Assembly: GCA_020855015.1 (NCBI GenBank)
Contig: JAHKLP010000019.1
Location: forward strand, 33,246 to 97,245
Reading direction: 5' to 3'
Source of the DNA: Methanobacterium sp.
GTDB lineage: Archaea; Methanobacteriota; Methanobacteria; Methanobacteriales; Methanobacteriaceae
DNA: 64,000 nucleotides
Shown here: one piece after another, positions 1 through 12,203 of the stretch
Position numbering within the stretch: the first letter of the stretch is position 1
Layout of the letters: each line of letters begins with the position of its first letter
Made by a program: the position numbers and the translations under genes
Notes under the pieces: generated by a model
Told to the model about the DNA's origin: nothing
Database searches by the model: none
Seen by the model: the letters and a program-made list of their open reading frames with translations, nothing else

Positions 1-61
1 TTCCCTCAAATGTTAGATAACTGATGAGATTATTTTAGAAAATTTATATATAATAAGGAAT

Positions 62-886
62 TTATAGCTGATTCAAGCCAATAATTGCTTGTTGAGCTGA
101 TTTACTTATTTCTATATTTTCATTATGGGTAAAAGGCATAATTAATTCTAATACATCCTTATTTTTAATTCTTAACTGACCCATGGTCCTTAAAGCTTCC
201 CAAACAATTGGAGGATCATAACCACTCCCTAGTATCGGCAATAATGAATCTAAAGCTTCTTCGCTATATTTAAATCCACTTAAAGCCCTTACTATTTTCC
301 ACAAGGTAATTTTATCCCCATTATCAGAACATCGTTTCATCTTATTTATCAGTATATTAAGAGCCCTTCTATCCCCTGTTTTGGCGGCTATGCCACCAAT
401 AGCATCAATGGCTTGTTGAATCTTAAAATTATCTTCTTTTTGTAGTATTTTTATAAGTTCAGGAGTTGCTGGTTTTCCAATCTTAACCAGTGTTCTGGCT
501 GCAATATCCCTTACCAGTGGATAACTTTTTTTGTTGAAATATTTTTGGGGAAGCTCAGTTTCCTGATTTTTCCCGATCTTACCCAGAAGATCGGTTAATG
601 GACCAACTGCAGGATCGCCTATTTGTGATAACGCTTCTGAAATTGCTATCCTAGAATATAATGCCCTTTCCCGTTTAAAAGCCATACAAAGAGGAATTAT
701 TGCCTCTGTATCTTGCATTTCCCCCAGTATCCTGGCAGAAATTGTTCTTTTTTGCGGATTATCATATTTTAGCATTTCAATTAATTCCTGGGTTGTTAAA
801 CCACGATAATCATTAAGTTCTTCACTTGAAATCTGACCCCTTTTCTCCCGGTTGATTTTCTTCACATTTTTAGAATTCATATTCAA
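62..886 (-). CDS. HEAT-repeat (PBS lyase HEAT-like) protein
   Basis: Repeated units like 'R-x-x-A-A-x-A-L-G-x-I-G-x-P-A' (RIAISEALSQIGDPAV, VRDIAARTLVKIGKPAT). The ORF overlaps the end of the upstream GrpB-like ORF; the start may be 880. Confidence 0.8.
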   Translation of the reverse strand: MNMNSKNVKKINREKRGQISSEELNDYRGLTTQELIEMLKYDNPQKRTISARILGEMQDTEAIIPLCMAFKRERALYSRIAISEALSQIGDPAVGPLTDLLGKIGKNQETELPQKYFNKKSYPLVRDIAARTLVKIGKPATPELIKILQKEDNFKIQQAIDAIGGIAAKTGDRRALNILINKMKRCSDNGDKITLWKIVRALSGFKYSEEALDSLLPILGSGYDPPIVWEALRTMGQLRIKNKDVLELIMPFTHNENIEISKSAQQAIIGLNQL

Positions 887-1451
887 GAGCCCTTTCCAAA
901 GTTTTTCTTATAAAAAATGATTTAGCCTTTGTATATTCATTTATATTGGCCCATTCTGTTAAGACAAGTTTATTTTTTAATTGGTTATATTCCAGTCTGG
1001 CATCTTCGTTTTTCAAAAGATAATTCCGGAATAATAAGTGATCCTTCCAGAAATCGGAATTTAATTTAACCATATGGATGTGAAATTTATGCTTGTAACT
1101 TCCACTGTCATATTTTTCCGGATCATCTGAAAAATCAATGATTGGGGGCAGGTCTATATTCTCATCAGCCAATTTGAAGAAATATCTTCGAAGTGGGAAG
1201 ATTTTCTCGTAATTTTTCACATAAACATAACCTAGATGGATTATTTTGTTTATGTAATTGTTTAGTTTATTTTCATCCTCAACACCTATCATGATGTCAA
1301 TAATAGGTTTACTGATAAGTCCTGGAATGGAAGTGCTGCCAATATGTTCTACAAAAACCTTTTCTGGAATTAGATTCTTTATTATGGCTTCTTTTTCTAG
1401 TTTGAAGCTGTCATTCCATTCAGTTTTGTGTTTTTCAAGTTTAATCTTCAT
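870..1451 (-). CDS. GrpB/UPF0157 family nucleotidyltransferase-fold protein
   Basis: EHIGSTSIPGL-x-SKPIIDIMIG motif, HIH, 'LLFRNYL' and 'YTKAKS' are typical of the GrpB family. Confidence 0.85.
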   Translation of the reverse strand: MKIKLEKHKTEWNDSFKLEKEAIIKNLIPEKVFVEHIGSTSIPGLISKPIIDIMIGVEDENKLNNYINKIIHLGYVYVKNYEKIFPLRRYFFKLADENIDLPPIIDFSDDPEKYDSGSYKHKFHIHMVKLNSDFWKDHLLFRNYLLKNEDARLEYNQLKNKLVLTEWANINEYTKAKSFFIRKTLERALEYEF

Positions 1452-1601
1452 TTTTCTAATCTTAATATGATCCTTAATTCAATATAATTATAGGGTGATT
1501 TGGATTTACTTAGGGAAATATAATTCCACCAAATTATAGCTTCAGACGATTGTAATCCAAATTAACTTCTTAAAATTATCAATTTAAACCGGGTGCCATC
1601 C

Positions 1602-2075
1602 ATGGAAGATAAAAAAAACAAAAATGGTTTGATTCCAATATATTTCGCAAAGTCAGACAGCGTGAAAATGGTTGAAGAAATAGTGAAGTCTGAAGATGAG
1701 TGGAAATCGATTTTATCCCCTGAATCTTATCGAGTTGCAAGAAAAAATGGAACTGAACCGGCATTCACTGGCAAGTATCATGACTGTCATGAGGATGGGA
1801 TTTACCAGTGCGTTTGCTGCGGTACTGATCTTTTCGACTCCAAAACAAAATTTGATTCTGGCACTGGATGGCCCAGTTTCTGGGCTCCTGTTGCAAAAGA
1901 GAATGTTAAAACAAAAACAGACCGGAGCCTTTTCATGGTACGCACTGAAGTACTTTGTGCCCTCTGCCATGCTCATCTGGGGCATGTATTTGATGATGGC
2001 CCTCCACCCACTGGTCTGCGTTATTGCATGAATTCGGCTTCCCTGAAATTGGTTAAAAAAGATAAATTTAGATGA
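1602..2075 (+). CDS. msrB: Peptide-methionine (R)-S-oxide reductase MsrB
   Basis: GTEPAFTG, CVCC, KFDSGTGWPSF, RTEV-x-CALC-x-AHLGHVF-x-DGP and RYCMNS motifs; ATG at 1602 preferred over GTG at 1593. Confidence 0.95.
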   Translation: MEDKKNKNGLIPIYFAKSDSVKMVEEIVKSEDEWKSILSPESYRVARKNGTEPAFTGKYHDCHEDGIYQCVCCGTDLFDSKTKFDSGTGWPSFWAPVAKENVKTKTDRSLFMVRTEVLCALCHAHLGHVFDDGPPPTGLRYCMNSASLKLVKKDKFR

Positions 2076-2180
2076 AAAAGATATCATAATAAAAATGAGA
2101 CTAACCACTTGAATTTGGGCATTTATTAGTTCTCATCTGCTCACCTAAAACCTTTATTAAAACAGGACCAATCTGATATT

Positions 2181-3344
2181 ATGATGGGTAAGAAAACTTA
2201 CCTTAAAAAACTGACTTCTAAGTTTCAGATACCTTCAGTTGATGTGGGTAAAGAATTAGAGGGAAGCACTCCCCCATCGGTGTTCATTGGGAGCTGGAAC
2301 TATCCAAAGGTATATGCCGGCCCCATGATATCTCCAGTATCTGGAGATACCACCATTATGGACACTCCCGAGGCATGGATCCCTGGAGAAAAAAATCAGG
2401 AAGATATTATCTCTTATCGTATGAGTTTAGTTAGGGGGAAAAATATGTTGGGAGTTACTGATCTGGATAACCGTATGGTGGAAAAACTCCAAGAAATCTC
2501 ACTAGCTTCCAGTTCAATCGATAGTGAAGCAGAGTTCTGGAAAAAGCCAAGAGGAGTTTCATTCAGCGAATACCAGGCCCCTCACGGCCCTAGTGCAATA
2601 CTGGAGAAATTTGAAATTGATAACGTCAGATGGGATCGGGAACTGGAGAAAGTGTATTATGACACTGATCTTAAAGCTCGGGAAGCGCTGATGGATCTGC
2701 ACAGAAAAGATGTGCCATTTTCTCATATGCAAAAGGCGTTTTCTGTGGGTACAATGGGTGTGGATAAACGCAGACGCCTGGTACCAACCCGTTGGTCCAT
2801 CACTGCCTGTGACAGCACTATAGCTGATCAGTTGCTTAAAGAAGTGAAACACTATGACCCTGTGGATGTGCACCGAGTTTACGAGTTTAATAGCCTGAAT
2901 AATTATTATGCTGTACTAATACTTCCCACACCCTGGCAATACGAATGGATGGAAGCGTTTCTACATGTTTTAGGAAGAGAAAAAATTATTTTCTCAGATT
3001 ATGAAAATTATAATGGGAAAAAGGAATATTCTAGGGTGGGAGGATGCTATTACACTTGTAAAATGGCAGTTCTGGAAGCTTTGGCTCGTCAAAAACTACA
3101 GGCAGGAGTTATTGTTCTCAGAGAGGCTTACTCCGGATACGTGCCATTGGGTGTGTTTAATGTCCGGGAAAATATAAGGAATGCCATGGAACAACCTTAC
3201 CATGAATTTGAGGATATGAAATCGGCTTTGGCCTACATTGATACCAGTTTGAAACTTCCTTTAGAAAGTTTCATCAAATCCAGTGATCTCTTACAGGACA
3301 TCATCCGATCCAGACAGACCACCCTGGATGCATACTTTAAGTGA
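2181..3344 (+). CDS. nreA: Archaeal DNA repair protein Nre (DUF650/DUF651) with C-terminal PIP box
   Basis: [10 protein letters not shown]-x-x-x-YPKV, [10 protein letters not shown]-x-D, GGCYY motifs; C-terminal [12 protein letters not shown]-interacting motif. Confidence 0.85.
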   Translation: MMGKKTYLKKLTSKFQIPSVDVGKELEGSTPPSVFIGSWNYPKVYAGPMISPVSGDTTIMDTPEAWIPGEKNQEDIISYRMSLVRGKNMLGVTDLDNRMVEKLQEISLASSSIDSEAEFWKKPRGVSFSEYQAPHGPSAILEKFEIDNVRWDRELEKVYYDTDLKAREALMDLHRKDVPFSHMQKAFSVGTMGVDKRRRLVPTRWSITACDSTIADQLLKEVKHYDPVDVHRVYEFNSLNNYYAVLILPTPWQYEWMEAFLHVLGREKIIFSDYENYNGKKEYSRVGGCYYTCKMAVLEALARQKLQAGVIVLREAYSGYVPLGVFNVRENIRNAMEQPYHEFEDMKSALAYIDTSLKLPLESFIKSSDLLQDIIRSRQTTLDAYFK

Positions 3345-3365
3345 TATTAAAATATCAGTAACTTT

Positions 3366-4373
3366 ATGATTGAGAATAGTGATTATATGGAGCTTTCTTT
3401 TAAAAAACCCTCTAAAAATGTCAGGGCAGCCATGTGTCAGGCATCTTTAGATCTTGGGAACCGGGAAATAGAAAAAACCCATAAGATGAATGCTGAAGAG
3501 AGTTTAAAAGGTATTACTCGCCATGAACATGCCAGAATAGTTAATAGCGGGAATTCAGCCATAATGATCGCTATGAGCAACACTAAAGGACCTGTATTAT
3601 TACCTGATCAGGGCGGCTGGACCGGGTTTAAAAAAATTGCCGAATTTTTGGGTTTGAAAACAGAATATCTGCCTACAAATCACGGAATAATTGACTTAAA
3701 AATTTTAGATAAACATATTAAACTTAAAAATCCCCACTCACTGTTTATCACTAGTTTTGCGGGTTATATGGCAGAACAACCCGTTAAAGAAATATTTGAA
3801 TTATGTGATAGAAGAGGTGTGATTTTAGTTGAAGATGCCTCAGGTGCTATTGGCGACCCCCAGAAGAGTTTAGCCTGTGGTGATCATGCCCATATCATTG
3901 TAGCCTCTACTGGATCACCAAAAATCATTAACTTGGGTAATGGAGGATTTATTTCAACCAATAATCAAGAAATATTTAACAATTCTAATTATCTTCTAAA
4001 ATCTTTCCGCACTAGCCCCGTAATGTGTGCGGGCATGGTTGAAGCTATTAAAGAGGCACCCTATTCCCTTTCCAAAACATTGCAGGCATGTAATTTCTTG
4101 AAAAAAAAGATTAAAACTGTTTTATTTGAGGAATATAGGGGAATCAATATAACCCTTCCTTCAGAAAATCCCAAACAAATGGGACGCGAACTGAGAAAAA
4201 AAATTCCTGTAGAGGGTGGTGGGATTATAAGTACTTGCCCACGTTATGACCGGATTAACCAGCCAGCAGTATGTTTGGAAATAAAAAACTTGGAAATTAA
4301 ATGTCTGAATAAAGATAATCTAAGAGAAATATCAGACATTACAAAGAAGATTATCTCTAATTATTTTATTTAA
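3366..4373 (+). CDS. Fold-type I PLP-dependent protein (DegT/DnrJ-like), function unknown
   Basis: VNSGNSAI, LVEDASGAIG and STGSPKIINLGNGGFI (putative Schiff-base Lys) motifs. Confidence 0.65.
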   Translation: MIENSDYMELSFKKPSKNVRAAMCQASLDLGNREIEKTHKMNAEESLKGITRHEHARIVNSGNSAIMIAMSNTKGPVLLPDQGGWTGFKKIAEFLGLKTEYLPTNHGIIDLKILDKHIKLKNPHSLFITSFAGYMAEQPVKEIFELCDRRGVILVEDASGAIGDPQKSLACGDHAHIIVASTGSPKIINLGNGGFISTNNQEIFNNSNYLLKSFRTSPVMCAGMVEAIKEAPYSLSKTLQACNFLKKKIKTVLFEEYRGINITLPSENPKQMGRELRKKIPVEGGGIISTCPRYDRINQPAVCLEIKNLEIKCLNKDNLREISDITKKIISNYFI

Positions 4374-4495
4374 AATCTCAATTCGTGTTATTGAACATAC
4401 CATCACTTTAATGAGTATGATGATTTGTAGTAGAAAATAGATAAGTTTATTGCTTATTTTGGACAATTTTATCATAGAATATTAGGGGATTTATA

Positions 4496-5962
4496 ATGCC
4501 AATCTTTAAAATCACTGAGGAAGACGTGGCCCGATATAAAAAGGAAAAAAATATTAAAAAATTGACAAAATCAGTTTATCATCCCAGCGATAGCTTGGTA
4601 AGATACCGGGCAATTGAGGCTCTTGGCCAGTTAGAAGATAAATCAGCCATTTATGACATTTTAGGTGCGCTGGAAGACGAAGAAGAAGCTGTACGTCACA
4701 TGGCCGTATATTCACTGGGAGAAATTGGGGATAAACGAGCTGCAGATCCTATAATTGAACGTCTTCAATACGAAGATACTGATTTTCAGGAGATTGTAAT
4801 CTATGCTTTAGGTGAAATTGGGGGAGAAAAAGCTGTAGAATATTTAATAACAGTTTTAGAAGATGATGAATATGATGATATGAGGTGGAGGGCAGCTGAA
4901 GCCCTTGGAAAAATAGGGAGCTGGGAATCTGTTGTGCCACTTATTATCGCCCTGAAAGACCGTAATAGAGAAGTGAGGCATAGTGCAGCAGATGCTCTTG
5001 GAGAGATCGGTGCCAGCAGATCAACCGAATACTTAATAGAAGCTCTTGATGATGTAAGCTGGCAAGTGCGTAAGTGTAGCTTGAATTCACTATTTAAAAT
5101 GGATGAAATATCTTTTGGTACTATCCTAGATTGTTTACATGATGGAGATCCTCATGTGAGAGAGAAAGCAGTTCAAATAATGGGTAGAATTAATGATAAA
5201 GATTTTATACCCTATTTGGAAGATATGCTCTTTGATGAGGATGATGATGTTCAAAAAACAGCCATCATTTCCCTGGATATAATAAAAGCTAAAGCAAAAA
5301 GCAAAGCAACTCCCAGAGAGGATAGATTATTAAAAGCCAAAAAATCACATGAACGTCTAGAAGAAGTGATTGAAAAGGTCGGTCAGGAAAAAGCAGTGAA
5401 TGTACTGATTGAAGCCCTGGATGAACCTGATCCGGATACCAGACATCGAGCAGTTGAAGTTTTGGGTGAACTTAAAGATCCGGTGGCTGTTGCTCCCCTT
5501 ATTAATGCTTTGAAGGATGAAAATTCCAGTGTCCAGTGGAGGGCTTCAGAAGCACTGGAAAAAATTAAGGAACCAGCAGTCTTACCCCTTATTGAAGCAT
5601 TGAAGGATGATAATGATGGTGTAAGAACCAGGGCTGCATGGTCATTGGGAGAAATCAGAGATGTGAGAGCTATCGAACCACTGATTGCAACTTTAGATGA
5701 TGAAAGCGCTGCAGTCCGGTGGAAAGCTGCTTTATCACTGGGTAAATTTAAAACACCAGCTATAAATCCGCTGATTAAAGCTCTTAAAGAAGGCAATCCC
5801 CTGGTTAGAGAAAAAGCAGCCGAGTCTCTCGGAGAAATAGGGGATAAAATTGCCATTGAATCTTTAAAATCTGCACTGCAGGATGAAGACACCCATGTAA
5901 GAATAAGCGCTGCAGATGCCCTTAAAAAAATAGAAAATTCGTATAACAATAATGGAAGTTAG
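4496..5962 (+). CDS. HEAT-repeat (PBS lyase HEAT-like) protein
   Basis: About 12 repeats of 'LI-x-AL-x-D-x-x-x-x-VR-x-x-AA-x-ALG-x-IG'. Confidence 0.9.
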   Translation: MPIFKITEEDVARYKKEKNIKKLTKSVYHPSDSLVRYRAIEALGQLEDKSAIYDILGALEDEEEAVRHMAVYSLGEIGDKRAADPIIERLQYEDTDFQEIVIYALGEIGGEKAVEYLITVLEDDEYDDMRWRAAEALGKIGSWESVVPLIIALKDRNREVRHSAADALGEIGASRSTEYLIEALDDVSWQVRKCSLNSLFKMDEISFGTILDCLHDGDPHVREKAVQIMGRINDKDFIPYLEDMLFDEDDDVQKTAIISLDIIKAKAKSKATPREDRLLKAKKSHERLEEVIEKVGQEKAVNVLIEALDEPDPDTRHRAVEVLGELKDPVAVAPLINALKDENSSVQWRASEALEKIKEPAVLPLIEALKDDNDGVRTRAAWSLGEIRDVRAIEPLIATLDDESAAVRWKAALSLGKFKTPAINPLIKALKEGNPLVREKAAESLGEIGDKIAIESLKSALQDEDTHVRISAADALKKIENSYNNNGS

Positions 5963-6043
5963 TTTATTTAAAAAAAATAATGAAACTATGATAGTTAATT
6001 CTAATTATTATTCAGTTTTAATGCCAATAATTTTTACATAAAA

Positions 6044-6571
6044 TCAAATTTCAAGACTTAACAGTGCAGTTCTCTCGATTAAGACCCTCTCGATAGTCCC
6101 TGCACTTTTTATTTCCTTATTGGAAATTTTATACAATTTCTTCAACACATCAATATTGGGATCTAACACTTTGTTGTTTTTTGTACCAATGATTTTATGT
6201 AATTGTGGCATGATTTTTTCATCACAATCTACAGTTACAGCACAGATGCCTATTTTACCTTCTTCTATTCCTAAAATTTTAAGAGCACGTGATATTTGTC
6301 TTTGAGCTGAAGCTCTGACACATATCTCCAGACCCAAATCTTGAGCCACATTATCATTTCTATTAAAAGCAATCAAAGCCTGTGAAACCGCTTGCATCAC
6401 ATGTTTCTTGCCTGCTATTCCATCAGCTTTTAATAACTGAATTACACACCCCTCACATTCATTTTCAGCAACTAAGACATTTATTAAATTCATTAATTCA
6501 GTTAAATCATCTATTTCAGCATTAAAACCTGCAATTTGAATATTTTGATCAATTATATTGAACTGATTCAT
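6044..6571 (-). CDS. cgi121: KEOPS complex subunit Cgi121
   Basis: IQLL-x-ADGIAG-x-x-H and LEICVRASAQRQISRAL-x-x-LG signature; ATG at 6571 after a GGTG RBS. Confidence 0.85.
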   Translation of the reverse strand: MNQFNIIDQNIQIAGFNAEIDDLTELMNLINVLVAENECEGCVIQLLKADGIAGKKHVMQAVSQALIAFNRNDNVAQDLGLEICVRASAQRQISRALKILGIEEGKIGICAVTVDCDEKIMPQLHKIIGTKNNKVLDPNIDVLKKLYKISNKEIKSAGTIERVLIERTALLSLEI

Positions 6572-6698
6572 ACTATAAACACCCATAGATAATTTCAATA
6601 TTCAGAATAAACCCTTAATAAACATTAAACGTGTATCATTAACCATAGACCTTTTTTTAGCAATATCAGCGAGTTTATAGCGAATAATATGTTTTCAG

Positions 6699-8198
6699 TT
6701 AAAAATTACCTTTAGATTCGTTAACCTTTTTATCAGTAAGTATTTTGTTAATTCCACCCAAAAAAGCCTCAACACTGGCGTTTATGATGTCTGGTTGTGT
6801 GCTCCTGGCACTTACCACTTTACCATCGTGTTTAAGTTTGATAACTACATCAATAAGGGCATCAGTTCCACCGGTTATGGCATCCACGTGGTATTCTTCA
6901 AACTCTATATCTGCAAGGTCTTCAATGGTTTTTGTGATTGCTACTATTGCAGCATCCACAGGCCCTACTCCCACACCAGCCTCTAATTTTTCATCATTTC
7001 CGATTTTCAGCTTTACAGAAGCAGTTGGTGTTACCTTATTTCCGGATACAATGGTTAATTCTTGAAGTTCAACTGGTTTCTCGGCCATAACTCCCATAAC
7101 ATCCTCCGCTATAGCTTGCAAATCTACATCGGTAACACATTTTCCCATGTCCCCTAATGATTTGATTCTGTTAAATATTTGGGAGAATCTTTCATCATCA
7201 ACTCGAAAACCCATCTCATCAATCCGTTGTTTGATGATATGCGAGCCAACATGCTTACCCATGACAAAACGACGCTTGTGACCAACAAGTTCAGGCATTA
7301 TGGGTTCATATGTTTCGGCCTTTTTCATTACTCCATCAGCATGTATTCCCGACTCATGAGCAAATGCATTTTCGCCTACTATGGCCTTGTTAGGCTGCAA
7401 ATACATCCCAGTTATCCTGGCAACCATTTTAGAGACCCCATACAACATTTGAATATTCACTTGCGTCTTAACATCATAGAGCGAATATAATGAAACTACC
7501 AGTTCTTCCAGTGATGCGTTTCCTGCTCTTTCACCTATCCCATTAACTGTGACATGGGCCTGGGTTGCCCCTGCTCTAAGGCCTGCAAGAGAGTTTGCTA
7601 CAGCCAAACCAAAATCATTATGACAGTGAACACTTAAAGGAACACTTAAATTTCCTAATTGGCTGTAAAAATCAAACGAACGTTCAGGGGTGAGCATACC
7701 CACCGTGTCACAGGCACATATACGTTTTGCCCCGGCATCTATACCTGCCTGGAAAATCTCTTTCAAATATTCCATATCACTGCGAGTAGAATCTTCTGCA
7801 GATAATTCGACCAGAAGCCCATGATCCACCGCGTATTGGGTGGATTCAACGGCCATTTTTTTAACTTCTTCCCGTGATTTGCGCAGCTTGTGTTCCAGAT
7901 GCAAGTCAGAGGTGGGAACCACCAGGTGGATGCTGTCCACATTACATTCCAGAGCAGCATCAATATCTACCTGAACAGCCCTTGTGAAACTACATATCTC
8001 CGCAGAAAGGTTTTCTGAGGTTATTTTTTTGATACCATTCCTTTCTCCTTCTGATGTAATAGCTGAGCCTGCTTCAATAACATCAACACCTAATTCATCC
8101 AATTTTCTGGCTATCAAAAGCTTTTCATCTGGAGTTAGGGATATTCCAGGGGTCTGTTCACCATCACGGAGGGTGGTATCAAATATTCTGGCTTTCAT
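6699..8198 (-). CDS. cimA: (R)-citramalate synthase CimA (DRE-TIM metallolyase with LeuA-type regulatory domain)
   Basis: [27 protein letters not shown]; '[14 protein letters not shown]' and 'HLVVPTS' match archaeal CimA better than LeuA; C-terminal GVGPVDA regulatory domain. Confidence 0.85.
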   Translation of the reverse strand: MKARIFDTTLRDGEQTPGISLTPDEKLLIARKLDELGVDVIEAGSAITSEGERNGIKKITSENLSAEICSFTRAVQVDIDAALECNVDSIHLVVPTSDLHLEHKLRKSREEVKKMAVESTQYAVDHGLLVELSAEDSTRSDMEYLKEIFQAGIDAGAKRICACDTVGMLTPERSFDFYSQLGNLSVPLSVHCHNDFGLAVANSLAGLRAGATQAHVTVNGIGERAGNASLEELVVSLYSLYDVKTQVNIQMLYGVSKMVARITGMYLQPNKAIVGENAFAHESGIHADGVMKKAETYEPIMPELVGHKRRFVMGKHVGSHIIKQRIDEMGFRVDDERFSQIFNRIKSLGDMGKCVTDVDLQAIAEDVMGVMAEKPVELQELTIVSGNKVTPTASVKLKIGNDEKLEAGVGVGPVDAAIVAITKTIEDLADIEFEEYHVDAITGGTDALIDVVIKLKHDGKVVSARSTQPDIINASVEAFLGGINKILTDKKVNESKGNF

Positions 8199-8360
8199 GT
8201 AGTTCACCAATTACGGTAATTGATTAATAAAAGAATGATATTGAAATAATCTTAATAAAATATATCATGACATCTATTAAATTTTTTATTGAAAGATATG
8301 TTCCCATAGATTATCTGGGTTAAATGACTGTTTTCGAAATATTAACTGATAATTGCTCTT

Positions 8361-9395
8361 TTAGATTTTCTTCAGGACGGATATGACCCTGGTTAAACTT
8401 TTATGCATTCTTATGTGATGCTGTTCTATTATTTTAAAGTTTGTACCCTTAAATATCTCATCTAAATTAAGGTAATGTGGAGTAGCCAAACACATAAGAC
8501 CATCCTCTTTTATTAATCGTTCTAATGACATCATTGATTGATGATATAGGTTCTCACTAGTCTCACCACCAGTAGACGCAGATATACCATAAGGCGGATC
8601 AGTTACAATTGCATCCACTACTTCTGGAAGCTCTAACTTTCGAGCGTCTTCCTGAAATACCAGATAATCATTAATGTCACAATGTTGGAGATTTTCTTTA
8701 GTTCCCTTAACCATTTTATAGTCGATGTCCGTCCCTATGACCCTTGCCCCAATAATACCTGCTTCAATAAGTATACCTCCAGTCCCACAGAAAGGGTCCA
8801 GAAGGGTTTCCCCAGTACTTATACGTGTCAAATTTACCATACATCTGGCAAGTTTGGGACTCATTGAACCCGGATAAAAAAATGGTCTTTTGTGAGGTTT
8901 GAGATTGTAAAAGTGTTTTTTTGAAATTTGTCCTATCCTATACCCTGAGATGGCCATCCCATCTTGAAGAACAATTCTGATCAGGGTTGAAGGATCTTCC
9001 AACTTCACTTTAGCATTTTCTCCAAGACTGGCCTTTATTATACTCCCTATTTCCCATTCTAAATCTGAAGTGTTATGTGTGGATTTTTTATCCATCTTTT
9101 TTACTCTTACTGCATAATCTGAGGGGATATATTCATTCCACGGACAATTTTTAGCTTCTGAGATTAATTTGTCTTCATCAGTTCTAATGATGATGTGGAT
9201 CATTTCATGAGTGTAAGAAAGTCTTGCAGCAATTTTAGGTAGATTTTTCAAGTATTTTTCATTTAAATTAAGTAGAAGAAGTCCTTCCTGATCTTTTATT
9301 ATGGAATAATTAATTCCCTCACATTCAAGTACTGCTTTGATTTCTGCCAGGGGAAGGGTTTGATGTTCTTTGGATAAAACCAGAGCTATTTCCAT
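8361..9395 (-). CDS. THUMP-domain tRNA (guanine10-N2)-methyltransferase (TIGR01177/Trm11 family)
   Basis: [29 protein letters not shown] and TDPPYG motifs; N-terminal THUMP-like region. Confidence 0.9.
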   Translation of the reverse strand: MEIALVLSKEHQTLPLAEIKAVLECEGINYSIIKDQEGLLLLNLNEKYLKNLPKIAARLSYTHEMIHIIIRTDEDKLISEAKNCPWNEYIPSDYAVRVKKMDKKSTHNTSDLEWEIGSIIKASLGENAKVKLEDPSTLIRIVLQDGMAISGYRIGQISKKHFYNLKPHKRPFFYPGSMSPKLARCMVNLTRISTGETLLDPFCGTGGILIEAGIIGARVIGTDIDYKMVKGTKENLQHCDINDYLVFQEDARKLELPEVVDAIVTDPPYGISASTGGETSENLYHQSMMSLERLIKEDGLMCLATPHYLNLDEIFKGTNFKIIEQHHIRMHKSLTRVISVLKKI

Positions 9396-10564
9396 AGGCT
9401 GGATATCCCCCGAGATAACATTTTTGGAAGAATAGAAAAAATAATTCCCTGTTTAAGCATTTCTTTAACTAATGGTGATTGTGTGTCCATATCCCCATAA
9501 CTGGAGATTATATCTTCAGCTCCTTCTTCCTTAAGTTTTCTGAACATATAATCCAAATCAGAGTTACTTAGGGATTTGAAAACTTTATGAACCATAAGTT
9601 GCACTTTTAACTCTTTTTTGAATTTATCATGGTATGATTTAGGGTAATTTTCCAGTGTTGCAATATCTTCAGCTTCCAGTGCCTTTTTTGTTACTTTTGA
9701 TGCTATTTCAGCAGAGGTAAATCCCATTATGAGTCCACCTCCAGTAGTTGGCTTCACCTGGGATGCAGCATCACCCAATAGAATAACCCTCTCCTTAACC
9801 AAACTCTTATTTGGGTCCTGTTTAGGGATTATACCATAATATTTTTTCAAAATGGTTGATCCGCGCAGTTCAGGCCTTTTACTGATCAATTCATGCAAAT
9901 AATTTGTCAAATTTTGATAATTGGCGTCAGCAAAAAGTCCGACTCGAGCTGTGGTTTCAGATAAAGGAATGGCCCAAAAAAATCCTGGAGAAATTTTCGA
10001 ATCAACATAAAGATCTACAAAATCATTTTTAAATCTTTTTTCCCCTGCGTCAATTAAATACTGAGCTGCTTGAAAAGATTCTGCTGGGGGATTAAAGGAT
10101 CGTGACACAATAGAAGAATGTCCATCGGCCCCGGCAATTATATCCGCCGATATTTTGGTGTTTTCACTATTTTTTAGATTAATAATACCATTTAAAGAAT
10201 CTACCTTTACTACTTTATGGTTTAATAATATATCTACACCAGAGTTTGATGCCAATTCAGCCAAAAACTTATCATAACCAACGCGGTCCAGAACATATGC
10301 TTCAGGCTTTTCTTTACTAACAGAGAGTACTGTGTCGTTTGGAGAGTGTAGAAATGCGCCATTAACCGAGTTAATAATGAAATCATCAGGTAAGATATTC
10401 ACTTTCTTGATTTTTTTACCCAAAAGCCCGGCACATTGGAGTGGAACGCCTATTTCCTTCTTTTTCTCCAGTATGGCTACTTTGAAGCCCGTTTCTGCCA
10501 TGTACCTGGCGAAAGTTGTACCCACGGGGCCAGCACCAACTACCACTACATCATAGTTTTTCAT
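9386..10564 (-). CDS. Geranylgeranyl reductase family FAD oxidoreductase
   Basis: VVGAGPVG, P-x-QCAG, GADG and GDAA[10 protein letters not shown] motifs. Confidence 0.85.
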   Translation of the reverse strand: MKNYDVVVVGAGPVGTTFARYMAETGFKVAILEKKKEIGVPLQCAGLLGKKIKKVNILPDDFIINSVNGAFLHSPNDTVLSVSKEKPEAYVLDRVGYDKFLAELASNSGVDILLNHKVVKVDSLNGIINLKNSENTKISADIIAGADGHSSIVSRSFNPPAESFQAAQYLIDAGEKRFKNDFVDLYVDSKISPGFFWAIPLSETTARVGLFADANYQNLTNYLHELISKRPELRGSTILKKYYGIIPKQDPNKSLVKERVILLGDAASQVKPTTGGGLIMGFTSAEIASKVTKKALEAEDIATLENYPKSYHDKFKKELKVQLMVHKVFKSLSNSDLDYMFRKLKEEGAEDIISSYGDMDTQSPLVKEMLKQGIIFSILPKMLSRGISSLWK

Positions 10565-10677
10565 ATCAACCCTAACATTATATTATGTCTCTAACTAAAT
10601 CATAAATAATAATAAAATTAAAATAATCGAGCATTCTCTGCAACTCTAAAGAATTATAACAATCCAATATTCGTCAG

Positions 10678-11281
<604 letters not shown>

Positions 11282-11403
11282 TTATTGTATCACCATTTCA
11301 CACGAAAACTGTTCATATTATTATATGTTTATTATTAACTAATTCTTAGTATAAACTTCCCAATCTAAATAGTTTATCTGCTGCTTTGACCTATCTGTAA
11401 ATA

Positions 11404-12132
11404 ATGATAAAAAGAAGGATCCTGATCGGGGAAACCAATATAATGCTTAAATCAGATATAGAACCTTTTAATATCAATAATTTTATTATTAAACAGCGCG
11501 AAGCTCTGAAAAGTTATATTTGGAAGCATAATGAATTTAAAACATGTTTAGAACCTTTGGAAGTGAGTGAAGCTCCTTTGATAGTGAATATGATGGCCGA
11601 AGCGGCAGAAATAGCTCAAGTCGGCCCTATGGCTGCAGTTGCAGGAACAATATCACAGCTCTGCCTGAATTTTTTGTTGGACAATGGTGCTAAATATGTA
11701 ATTGTTGACAATGGCGGAGATGTAGCTCTTAAAACCAATAAAGATGTGATAATAGGATTGTATGCTGGTGAATCTTCTCTTTCTGGGAGAATTGGTTTTA
11801 AAATTAAACACCAAAAAACACCCCTGGGAATCTGCACATCCTCTGCCACTGTTGGTCACTCCATTAGCTTTGGTAAGGCAGATTCAGTAACAGTTTTCTC
11901 TTCCCTTGCCAGCACCGGAGACGCACTGGCAACATCAATAGCAAATCACGCAACAGGCAATGAAAATCGTGACATAGTGGAGAACTGTCTTGTTAAAGCA
12001 GAGGAATTTCGTGAATATTTCAGAGGAGTGCTGGTAGTGGTTGGCGAATCTGCTGGAACCATTGGAAAAATACCTAAACTTGTAGAAACAGATAAAAAAG
12101 TTGTTTTGGGTGATATTTTTGATCTTTATTAA
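11404..12132 (+). CDS. UPF0280 family (ApbE-like) protein
   Basis: [14 protein letters not shown] and [16 protein letters not shown]-x-AD motifs. Confidence 0.9.
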   Translation: MIKRRILIGETNIMLKSDIEPFNINNFIIKQREALKSYIWKHNEFKTCLEPLEVSEAPLIVNMMAEAAEIAQVGPMAAVAGTISQLCLNFLLDNGAKYVIVDNGGDVALKTNKDVIIGLYAGESSLSGRIGFKIKHQKTPLGICTSSATVGHSISFGKADSVTVFSSLASTGDALATSIANHATGNENRDIVENCLVKAEEFREYFRGVLVVVGESAGTIGKIPKLVETDKKVVLGDIFDLY

Positions 12133-12203
12133 ATTTACTGTTTTTTATATGTCACCAGAGTAATCTTTACCACTTATATTAAAAAGGATAACAATCAGCC
12201 TAA

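Noticed and set aside
5383-5949. 188-aa minus-strand ORF
   Set aside because: Antisense shadow of the HEAT-repeat gene with a Ser/Ala-rich non-coding pattern.
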